Source: an uncultured Rhodospirillaceae bacterium (GTDB taxonomy: Bacteria > Pseudomonadota > Alphaproteobacteria > GCA-2731375). Taken from it: a stretch of DNA of 55,504 nucleotides. The notes below the pieces were generated by a model. That model had not been told where the DNA came from, searched no databases, and worked only from the letters and a program-made list of their open reading frames with translations. Each line of letters opens with the position of its first letter. Position 1 is the first letter of the stretch. Of this stretch, positions 37,528 through 46,137 are shown one piece after another. The translations under genes were made by a program, and so were the position numbers. Location of the stretch: NCBI GenBank assembly GCA_964507245.1, contig CAZDQC010000006.1, positions 1 through 55,504 on the forward strand, written 5' to 3'.

Positions 37528-38697
37528 GTGGATTTCGATGCTCCCGAAGAACATGCATTTTTGCGAGATAGCATCCGACAATATTTCGCCCGCGAACTTT
37601 CTGAAAACAAGATTCGGGAAATGGACCGCGCCCGTCGAATCCCACGTGAAATCTGGAAAACCATTGGTGAACTCGGCTGGCTTGGTTTGTCGGTGCCTGA
37701 GGAATACGGTGGGACCGCATGTGATGGCCGAAGCGATATCGTCACCGGGGCGGTGATCTGCGAAGAACTCTCGCGGCAGTTTCCTTCGCTTGCAATGGGC
37801 TGGTTGCTGCTGTCAATGACCGGCCGGGTTTTTCGTGAATTTGGCTCGCCAGAACAAAAAGCCGAATATTTACCGCGGCTGGCTCGAGGCGAATTTATAA
37901 TGGCCTTCGGCATGACCGAACCCAGCGGCGGTACCGATATTCTGGGCCTAACCACTCGCGCTTCACTGGACGGCAACGAATGGATGCTGCGGGGACAGAA
38001 ACTCTATACTACCTTGGCGGACGATGCGGATGCCATCCTAGTTCTTTGCCGCACGGACCCTAGTGATCAAGACAAACGTGCGCATGGCTTGTCGTTGATC
38101 TTGACACCGCGACAACAAAAGGGGGTTGAGGTCAGGCGGCTTGAATTAATGGGCATGCGGGCAGGCTGTACCTGTGAAGTTTTCCTAGATGATGCCCGGG
38201 CACCCGCGGACGCTTTGGTTGGCGAACGTGGGCGCGGTTGGTACACGCTGCTATCTTCACTTGACGAAGAAAGAATTCTTGCAGCAGCGATTTATGTCGG
38301 CATTACCGCCGCAGCCCTCGAGCTAACCGTCCAATACGCCAAGGATCGTGGTGCCTTTGGTCGTCCAATTGGAACCTATCAGGCGATCCAACATCCGTTG
38401 GCCGAAGTGGCGACGGAACTTGAGCAAATTCGCCTACTGACGCAAAAGGCAGCCTGGCTGCAATCCAACGGCAGAGAATGTTCGAGTGAGGCGGCGATGG
38501 CAAAACTAGCAGCTACTGAGTCCGCCATTCGAGCTACTGACCGTTGCATGCGTGTTCTCGGCGGTTATGGCCTTGTCGAGGAGTCACCTTTAGAACGGCT
38601 GTTCCGCGATACCCGCCTCGGTCCATTCAGTCCTATTTCCAACGAAATGGTAAAGAATTTTCTGGGCGAGCGCCTCGGCTTGCCGCGAAGCTATTGA
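37528..38697 (+). CDS. acyl-CoA dehydrogenase
   Basis: MDFDAPEEH start (GTG 37528 behind GGAGG; the alternative GTG is at 37516), FGMTEPSGGTD, and a C-terminal RVLGGYG...RDTRL. Confidence 0.9.
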   Translation: MDFDAPEEHAFLRDSIRQYFARELSENKIREMDRARRIPREIWKTIGELGWLGLSVPEEYGGTACDGRSDIVTGAVICEELSRQFPSLAMGWLLLSMTGRVFREFGSPEQKAEYLPRLARGEFIMAFGMTEPSGGTDILGLTTRASLDGNEWMLRGQKLYTTLADDADAILVLCRTDPSDQDKRAHGLSLILTPRQQKGVEVRRLELMGMRAGCTCEVFLDDARAPADALVGERGRGWYTLLSSLDEERILAAAIYVGITAAALELTVQYAKDRGAFGRPIGTYQAIQHPLAEVATELEQIRLLTQKAAWLQSNGRECSSEAAMAKLAATESAIRATDRCMRVLGGYGLVEESPLERLFRDTRLGPFSPISNEMVKNFLGERLGLPRSY

Positions 38698-38975
38698 GAG
38701 CTGAAGGGATAACTATAATCGCTTTAGACAAATTTAGATGTGAAATCTGAATATCTGCGTATGTTCTACAGTTAGTGTAGCGCGTCATAGTCAATGTCAT
38801 AGCGCATTATGTTCAGCGAGGATTCTTGCCTTTCGGACCTGCATTAGCAACTTGTCGATGACTTGCCAGATTAACCAGCTGCTGAATGCGTCTAGGGCAC
38901 TGCTAATCTATTAAGCGGGTGTATACGGCAACCAATTGAAATGAACGTACTTCGTGCGGAAAATACCAATTTCGG

Positions 38976-40184
38976 CTATGAACTGGCGACCACAGGTGAA
39001 TTGCTGCGGCCATATAGAAATGCCCGTGCAATCCAACTGTGAAAAGCATGCGTGGGTTGATCCATCACGGGGGAAAATATACCACCATCAAAACCGATAG
39101 AGTGACGGCCCCGCTGCATACTTTCTACTGCAGTTCTATCCTCGACAAAAATTGATTGCCACAGCTCCCTATTTGCGATCCGTTGGGTATGGTAACCATG
39201 ATCGCGCACCCTTCTATCAAAATAGTAAATTTGCATCCTTTCTCTAGTGCGGTAGGGGCCGTCCGGTTGGATTAGGACGGCATAAAAATGATCGCGATGA
39301 AGGCCTAAAAGAACGTTGGGGAAAAGGGCAACATATTCAGCACCACTATGCCAAAACGGCGGAAGATTAGCGGCATTCGGTATCGCAGGAGCATCCTCAG
39401 AAAACTTAGGTTCATAACATCTGCTGCCCTGCCCAGAATAGGATTGATGAACGATGCCGTAATGCTGCTCCAGTGGAGAATACCGGTTCAATTCTGGATG
39501 CACCCAAGGCAGATGGTAGGCCTCGCAATAATTCTCGACCGCCAGCTTCCAGTTGCATTCAAGCTCAATTTCGATACGACAATCGGCGCCGGTATCGACG
39601 AGATCTATTTCTGCAAAAACCTTCCAGCGTTCAGCAAGGGGCTTAATGTAATCAGCAAACGGTTGAGCGGTACCGGACAGATCAACGAATATCAGGCCAA
39701 ACCATTCGGCACTGCGCACCTTGCATAGTCCGATGTCATTTTTGTTGAAACCGGGACAAGTGTGTTTACCTGCGCCACCTATATGCGGTGTGCCGATCAA
39801 TTGACCTTCTAAGTCATAGGTCCAACTGTGATAAGGGCAGATAATGACTTTGCCGGAGTTGATCGACGCCTCGACTAATATTCTGCCTCGATGCCGACAC
39901 ACATTATGAAATACTTGAACTACATCATCTGTATTACGGATCAGAAGCAGCTGCGATCCAGAGAATTCAATCGGAAATAAATCGCCTCTATTTGGCACAT
40001 CCAATGCAAATCCCACACATGCCCATCCGTCTTTGAAGACCCGTTGCTGTTCAATTTCCATCGTTGCGGCGTCGGTATAACAGGCATTGGGTAAGCCGCG
40101 TGCCGTTTCTATGGGTTCAAGTACCTTCTCCATAGCAACGGCCAATGTGCCGGAAATTTCACTTGAACGGGGACAAACATCCAT
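38976..40184 (-). CDS. Rieske [2Fe-2S] non-heme-iron oxygenase alpha subunit (GbcA/Stc2/CntA-like class)
   Basis: Rieske motif CRHRGRIL...CPYHSWTY and a catalytic-domain EAYHLPWVHP. The start is uncertain (ATG 40184, TTG 40196 or ATG 40133). Confidence 0.8.
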   Translation of the reverse strand: MDVCPRSSEISGTLAVAMEKVLEPIETARGLPNACYTDAATMEIEQQRVFKDGWACVGFALDVPNRGDLFPIEFSGSQLLLIRNTDDVVQVFHNVCRHRGRILVEASINSGKVIICPYHSWTYDLEGQLIGTPHIGGAGKHTCPGFNKNDIGLCKVRSAEWFGLIFVDLSGTAQPFADYIKPLAERWKVFAEIDLVDTGADCRIEIELECNWKLAVENYCEAYHLPWVHPELNRYSPLEQHYGIVHQSYSGQGSRCYEPKFSEDAPAIPNAANLPPFWHSGAEYVALFPNVLLGLHRDHFYAVLIQPDGPYRTRERMQIYYFDRRVRDHGYHTQRIANRELWQSIFVEDRTAVESMQRGRHSIGFDGGIFSPVMDQPTHAFHSWIARAFLYGRSNSPVVASS

Positions 40185-40449
40185 AGCGGCTTCCAAGCAG
40201 AGATATCATAGCGATTGATACTAGGCTTGTTATGACCCAGCCACAATCACCACTCTCAGAATTGCAAAAGGAATTATTTGTATATTGGTGATTAAAATCG
40301 CCATCTTAATGTCATATCTAAAATTCTATCTGCACAGCAAGGGTCCAGATTTTTCGGGCCAGCAAGGATCCATAGCGTTACTCCGGAACGTACGGGAACT
40401 TCCCGGTCCTGAATTGCACCAGCTCAATGTTCGCCGTCCAAATTCAGAA

Positions 40450-41400
40450 TTAGACTGACGTCTGATTCTTTAGCGGGCTCAAAGCAGCTATATGGTCTGT
40501 TGTGAGACCGCAGCACCCACCAACAATTTGCAAACCGTTTTCAATCCATTCAGACGCAAACTGTTTCAGCTCATCGGGCGGAATAATATCTTCAAACTGC
40601 CAGTGCGGTGATTTGAAATAACCAGAATCGGGGTAGGCCAGCAGCGGCCCTTCATAGGCCTGACCCAAAATATTGAGTGCATCTCCAATGACGTTCGCTT
40701 GCGTATGCATTACGCCAGCAGCCGATACTTTAAAATCCTGAAGCGCCTGGATTATGTCCGAGAAAGGAATATCTCTATCCTGGGCAAAACTGAGGACCCG
40801 TCCATCGTCGTGCCGCCGGGCTGAAAAGCCGGCCCATATAGGAAGACCAGTCTCTTTTGCTGCCGTAAATGCAGCTCCCATCCTTTCAGGATAATACATC
40901 ATCTCCAAAAGGATCAGATCACACCCCTGCCCTCGCAGAAGCATAGCTAATTCACCAAAGGCATCATCCATTTCGCCTTGAGAATGTAATCTCGTCAAAT
41001 CTGGAATTGCTGTACCTTTTGCAACGGCTCCCCGATGGGATAAAGATCCTGCGATCAAGACATCATCTCGTCCACTTGCGTCCCGGCCTCGATGTGCTGC
41101 ATCTACCGCCGCGTTATTGATATCTATGAAATGTTTGGCCAACCCCGCCGGTTCAAGCAGTAAGCGTGACGAGGAAAAAGTATTTGTCGTAATGATATCA
41201 GCACCCGCGGCGATGTAATCTCTATGAATTGACTCAAGAATGCTCTTGTATTCAAGCGATGCCGCACCACACCAGGCTTCAGTGTCCATAGGCACGCCAC
41301 GCCGTTCGAGCTCTGTACCTGTCCCTCCGTCAAGAATGAGAATGCCGCCATTTTGTAATTGGCGCTTGGCGTTTTCGTAGCTCGTCAACGAAGTCTCCAA
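40450..41400 (-). CDS. homocysteine S-methyltransferase family protein (BHMT/MmuM-like)
   Basis: ILDGGTGTELERRG at the N-terminus, TNTF, and a C-terminal VGGCCGLTTDHI Zn motif. Confidence 0.8.
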   Translation of the reverse strand: METSLTSYENAKRQLQNGGILILDGGTGTELERRGVPMDTEAWCGAASLEYKSILESIHRDYIAAGADIITTNTFSSSRLLLEPAGLAKHFIDINNAAVDAAHRGRDASGRDDVLIAGSLSHRGAVAKGTAIPDLTRLHSQGEMDDAFGELAMLLRGQGCDLILLEMMYYPERMGAAFTAAKETGLPIWAGFSARRHDDGRVLSFAQDRDIPFSDIIQALQDFKVSAAGVMHTQANVIGDALNILGQAYEGPLLAYPDSGYFKSPHWQFEDIIPPDELKQFASEWIENGLQIVGGCCGLTTDHIAALSPLKNQTSV

Positions 41401-41505
41401 AGTGGTTCAGTCGTCATCAATGAAACTCCGCAACACATTGTCAGGCTGGACAAATCACCTAGTTATCTAGATCCATTACAATAGTCGTAATTCGTGAATC
41501 CTAAT

Positions 41506-41895
41506 TTATTTCCGTTTCTTCTCCTCTGTCGGCCCGCCGGCATCCCGCCATGCCGGAAGTCCGCCAAATAATTGTGCCACATTTTTGATACCCATATCCT
41601 GAAGTGATTTGGCGCAGAGGGCCGAGCGCCATTCTGCGTTACAGAACAAAACATACGTCTTGTCAGCATCACTGTAGACATCTCGATGGTACGGACTTTC
41701 GGGGTCGAACCAGAATTCGATCATGCCGCGTGGCGCGTGCCGAGCGCCCTTGATAGTACCACTTTTCTCGACTTCGCGAATATCTCGCACGTCGACAAAT
41801 ACCAATTCGCCGTCACCATACCGTGGTAATGCCTCATCCACTGTCAAAGACATGATTTCGGTCTGCGCCTGTTCAGCAAGATCCTTAATACCCAT
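41506..41895 (-). CDS. single-domain rhodanese-like sulfurtransferase
   Basis: 129 aa. Active-site loop FCNAEWRSA (CxxxxR[ST]). VFVDVRDIREVE is typical of the rhodanese fold. Confidence 0.8.
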   Translation of the reverse strand: MGIKDLAEQAQTEIMSLTVDEALPRYGDGELVFVDVRDIREVEKSGTIKGARHAPRGMIEFWFDPESPYHRDVYSDADKTYVLFCNAEWRSALCAKSLQDMGIKNVAQLFGGLPAWRDAGGPTEEKKRK

Positions 41896-42418
41896 GTGCC
41901 TATTTCACCCCAATATATAGCTTGTCAATCATGACTATCTGGGAATGTCCCGAAGGTAAACAAAGATGTGTTGTCATAAACCTTGAATTCAAATTCCTAG
42001 ATACCCCCTATTTGACCGACCCAGTTAGAATTTAGGTGATTGACTGGCCTGATTGACGCCAGCAGAACGCTTACACCCAGGCCACGAGTTAGCGTCGCGA
42101 AGTAAAAATATTTGTCGTAAGCTATAATCAAAAAGAGACTGCTCGCAGAAGTATGTCCTCGCGGGTTGTATGTGAGTTACGATTATTGGTGTTGAGTTAA
42201 TGCTGAACGGCACAGTTGATGCGTATAGCTATTTTTGTGCTGGCGAACAGGCAGGATTTTTAGATCACCATAGACCTGGTTGTTGGCTGGCAAGGGGGAG
42301 CCACCGAATTTCGGGCGCCTGGCTAAAGTCTTCAAAAATAGTAGTCCTGAGTCAACCATTTGTTGTCTAACCTCAAAATCGGCAATGAATTAAACCACCT
42401 AAAATAGAAAGAGAGAAA

Positions 42419-43726
42419 ATGGCAACCGATCTGGCTAAATATGCTGAGGATAATGGTATTAGATTTTTCCTCATGAATTTCACTGACCTATTTGGTTTGC
42501 AGCGGTCGAAACTGGTGCCCGCAGCCGCTATTAGTGATATGCAGAAATCTGGCGCTGGATTTGCTGGTTTTGCTGCCTGGTTGGACATGACGCCGGCACA
42601 TCCCGATATGTTTGCCGTACCGGATGGGGATGCAGTCATCCAGTTGCCGTGGAAACCGGAAATAGCCTGGGTTCCAGGTGATCTTTACATGAACAATGAG
42701 AAAGTCTCCCAAGCTCCACGCAATGTCCTGCAAACTGTAATGGAGAAGGCGGCGGGAAAAGGATTGTTATTGAAAACCGGTGTCGAGCCGGAGTTCCATC
42801 TCATCAATGAAGATGGTTCCGCCATTTCCGATGAACGTGATATTCAAGAAAAGCCATGTTACGACCAATCTGCGCTGATGCGTCGATACGATGTCATCTC
42901 TGAAATTTGTTCGTCGTTGGAACAAATGGGATGGGGTCCATACCAAAATGATCACGAAGATGCCAACGGCCAGTTCGAAATTAATTGGCATTACAATAAC
43001 TGCCTTAATACCGCCGACCAACTTTGCTTTTTTCGCTTTCTCGTAAAATCAATCTCGGAAAAACATGGCCTACGAGCAACCTTCATGCCTAAACCCTTCA
43101 GTCATCTTACCGGGAACGGCTGCCACGTACATGCGTCATTGTGGAGCCTAGATGAAAAAACCTGCCTAACTCACGACCCTAAAAATGAACTAGGTATCTC
43201 TGAATTGGGTTATCACTTTCTTGGGGGGGTACTTGCCCACGCCAAAGGGCTCGCGGCCATAACAAATCCAACTGTTAATTCCTATAAACGCATCAATGCT
43301 CCAACAACCGCCTCCGGTTCTACTTGGGCACCGAACACCATTACATTTGGTGGCAATAACCGCACCCATATGGTGCGGGTACCAGATGAAGGTAGGTTCG
43401 AATTCCGTTTAGCTGACGGCGCAGCAAACCCATATTTGTTAATGGCGGGTTATCTTTCAGCCGGATTAGATGGTATCGACAATAAAACAAATCCGGGAAA
43501 ACGGCTTGACATCGACATGTATGCTGAAGGCCACAAAATTAGGGGTGCAAAAAAGCTACCGCTTTATTTGATCGATGCCATTCGCGAATTCACTAAGGAT
43601 CGCGTACTGCGAGCGGCCCTGGGCGAAGAATTTTGTGATGCCTACATAAAGTTAAAGACGGACAATTGGGATCAGTATTCCCGCCACCTTACACAGTGGG
43701 AGCGCGACAACACACTTGATTGCTAA
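42419..43726 (+). CDS. glutamine synthetase family protein (type III GlnT / gamma-glutamylalkylamide synthetase-like)
   Basis: 435 aa with FLMNFTDLFGLQRSKLVPA, GVEPEFHLI, NGCHVHASLW and SYKRI. Length and N-terminus match the GlnT/GmaS-size class rather than GlnA. Confidence 0.8.
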   Translation: MATDLAKYAEDNGIRFFLMNFTDLFGLQRSKLVPAAAISDMQKSGAGFAGFAAWLDMTPAHPDMFAVPDGDAVIQLPWKPEIAWVPGDLYMNNEKVSQAPRNVLQTVMEKAAGKGLLLKTGVEPEFHLINEDGSAISDERDIQEKPCYDQSALMRRYDVISEICSSLEQMGWGPYQNDHEDANGQFEINWHYNNCLNTADQLCFFRFLVKSISEKHGLRATFMPKPFSHLTGNGCHVHASLWSLDEKTCLTHDPKNELGISELGYHFLGGVLAHAKGLAAITNPTVNSYKRINAPTTASGSTWAPNTITFGGNNRTHMVRVPDEGRFEFRLADGAANPYLLMAGYLSAGLDGIDNKTNPGKRLDIDMYAEGHKIRGAKKLPLYLIDAIREFTKDRVLRAALGEEFCDAYIKLKTDNWDQYSRHLTQWERDNTLDC

Positions 43727-43794
43727 ATAACTAACCATATTTGAAATATTTTGCCTTAGGCTAGTCCCGGCTGACTTTGTGATACGGCCTGCCG

Positions 43795-44100
43795 CTACCG
43801 TACTGGTTTTGGCGTACTATTTGAAGATCGATGCCAGTTTGGTAGCCGCCTCTTATCAGGCATGTGTATGATTTCGTTTTTTTTTCGTGCGGCGCTAAGC
43901 GCGGAATCTGTACAAGCACCTATTCCCCTGTTCAATAATTCATCCAAAATTTTCGGATTCTTATAATCTCGAGTAAGCAGCGAATAATATTGCTGGCACA
44001 GATAGGCTGAAGATTTCCAGGATATATCTTCTGGGCTCGTGGCACACCCCATCAACGCATTCAACGCGGCAAATAGAAGTGCGGGCGGTAGAGATCGCAT
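43795..44100 (-). CDS. hypothetical small lipoprotein
   Basis: Signal peptide plus lipobox MRSLPPALLFAALNALMGC. I recognise no family. Confidence 0.4.
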   Translation of the reverse strand: MRSLPPALLFAALNALMGCATSPEDISWKSSAYLCQQYYSLLTRDYKNPKILDELLNRGIGACTDSALSAARKKNEIIHMPDKRRLPNWHRSSNSTPKPVR

Positions 44101-44375
44101 TCAAATACTATACCCGAGGTGAGCGCCAAGCGACCACTAACAGTGCAAATACCAGTGCCTACTGATTACATTTCTTAAACTTCATCAGACAAAATTTGGA
44201 CTTCACCTTCTTGGCATCCGCAGAAAGCAAATAGAAATCCTGAGTTCCGTAATCGGGAACGCGTCCCTATCGTTTATGTATACAAAGGCATGAGAGGCAC
44301 TCCAACAGGTACTGGAGTTTATTCTATTTTGTGAGATCACTTAATTAGACCATCTAACAAATTTGGGACTATCGT

Positions 44376-45215
44376 TCAGATTTGCGCCTCCAAGAAATCC
44401 ATAACGCGCACAAATACGGCACTATCTGAATTAGCCAATGCCTGGCAAATGCTAAAGTGGTCGAGGCCCGCAGCAATTAGCACCTGGGACATGTGCCCGG
44501 CTGCTCGAAGAGCTATGTTGAATTGCTGTGTCTGGTCAAGAAAACCCTTGGTCTCCCGTCCTCCTACCACGCAAAGCATCGGTGGAAGTGGGCGGCTCAA
44601 GTGGTAGAATGGACTTAATCTGTGCGCGGTGTTCGCATCCATCGCCAAATCGTCGTTGATACTAGTTTGCCGCAGTGGTCCAAGGTCAAATATCCCGCTG
44701 ACCGGTATAACTGCTTTAATTTCAATTTCCTCCACACCGTGTGCTCGCCAAACTTCCGATGCAGCCCAAGCAGCCATGTGCCCGCCCGCAGAATGTCCAC
44801 AAAGGACTATCCGGTCTGCACGCCCACCATAGCTGGCGGCATTGTCAGCAATGAAGATTATGGCCCGCAGCACCTGTGCGACGATTTCCGGTACAGTGAA
44901 TTCGGGACGCAACCCATAGTCAACATTGGCAGCGACAAAACCTCGGTCGGCAAAGGGTTCGCAGACTGCAAGAAATGTATCTTTTTCTAGGGCTCGCCAG
45001 TAGCCACCATGGATGAATATAAACACCGGTGCTCCGCCTTCCTGGGTGAAAACGTCAATACGCTCTCGCGACGTTGCTCCATATGTAAGGTCATGAAGAA
45101 GATCAGGCCGTGATCGCAATGCCTCGCTACGCCTGTGTAGTTCAGTATAAACTTCTTCGCGTGTCCCTGAACGACCTCTGAGGGAATATAACTCCTCCAG
45201 CTCAGCGTCGCTCAC
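44376..45215 (-). CDS. alpha/beta hydrolase (arylformamidase/esterase-lipase type)
   Basis: Oxyanion motif FIFIHGGYW and nucleophile elbow LCGHSAGGHMA. Confidence 0.75.
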   Translation of the reverse strand: MSDAELEELYSLRGRSGTREEVYTELHRRSEALRSRPDLLHDLTYGATSRERIDVFTQEGGAPVFIFIHGGYWRALEKDTFLAVCEPFADRGFVAANVDYGLRPEFTVPEIVAQVLRAIIFIADNAASYGGRADRIVLCGHSAGGHMAAWAASEVWRAHGVEEIEIKAVIPVSGIFDLGPLRQTSINDDLAMDANTAHRLSPFYHLSRPLPPMLCVVGGRETKGFLDQTQQFNIALRAAGHMSQVLIAAGLDHFSICQALANSDSAVFVRVMDFLEAQI

Positions 45216-45224
45216 TTGGCACGC

Positions 45225-46121
45225 TCATACGATGCTGTAATTGGGTATATCAATTGATAGGTCTTGCAGTTTTTTTTGTGTCGCGGTCAAAAAGCTGGCT
45301 AGAGCTTGTGTTTGCTGCACTCCGTCAGCGCAGCCCAAGCCAGCAAATGCCGCGTGCTCTTCGGCAATCCTTTCTTCGTCGGCGACGCCGGACGGTGCTA
45401 AGAACGGCGTCAGATAACCGCTAAGAATGACTGCATCAACAGCTCGTACGATCTCGTCTTTCGCTGCCTCTCGGTCGACATCATCCCAGGAATTGACGCG
45501 GTCAGTCACGAAATCCCAACCAAACGCTGCATGCCGCCGCTTGTCTTTGGCGATAAGACCCAAGGTAGTGGCGATAGCTTCATTCTTAACTGAGTTTTGA
45601 TGCAGCTCGTAAAACATCGCTTCGACACCGATCTTGATAGCACAATGGGCCAGGACGTAAGCATCGATCGACGTATCCGCGTGCAGAATCCGCTGAGATA
45701 GGTCCAAATTCAAAGTTGCGGCATAAGCAGCCGAAGCGGGTTTCGAAATATAACCGCCATATGCCTCGGCCATCCTCTGCATCACAGCTATATGGCACGC
45801 CTCTTGTGTATTACGCACGGTAAGGAAAAATTTTGGTGAAATTGGTCGATCCAACTCCAGGCAAAGCCGGATCAGCGTTGCTGGCGTTTCCGACAGATAG
45901 CCGTAGGCAGCCCAAAGGCGACGGCTCCACATCAGGCGGGCGGCATCCTTATCCCGTTGCGTAAGGCTGTCGACTCTAAGCCGGTCCCAGGGGATGTCCG
46001 AAACTGGGTTCCAATTTGCACTCTTCTCTCTGCGATAGGCGTCTTCCAGAGACCCCACCTGTTGACCTAATCGAACAGGAAAGCGCCGTTCTACCAGCAT
46101 TTTTGAGTGCGGTTGCGGCAT
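45225..46121 (-). CDS. ferritin-like di-iron-fold protein, paralogue B (second ExxH degenerate)
   Basis: Colinear with the upstream paralogue (DIPWDRL..., WSRRLWAAYGYLSETPA, TQEACH), but the second motif reads KDKRRH instead of RDEVRH. The start is uncertain (ATG 46121 preferred; the ORF is open to 46181). Confidence 0.6.
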   Translation of the reverse strand: MPQPHSKMLVERRFPVRLGQQVGSLEDAYRREKSANWNPVSDIPWDRLRVDSLTQRDKDAARLMWSRRLWAAYGYLSETPATLIRLCLELDRPISPKFFLTVRNTQEACHIAVMQRMAEAYGGYISKPASAAYAATLNLDLSQRILHADTSIDAYVLAHCAIKIGVEAMFYELHQNSVKNEAIATTLGLIAKDKRRHAAFGWDFVTDRVNSWDDVDREAAKDEIVRAVDAVILSGYLTPFLAPSGVADEERIAEEHAAFAGLGCADGVQQTQALASFLTATQKKLQDLSIDIPNYSIV

Positions 46122-46137
46122 TGTTATGAACAACCGT

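Noticed and set aside
42419-43726. I considered a specific assignment of the GS-family gene as gamma-glutamylmethylamide synthetase (gmaS).
   Set aside because: The N-methylglutamate pathway partners (mgsABC, mgdABCD) are absent from the window, and I cannot distinguish GlnT from GmaS by eye. I kept it as a family-level call.
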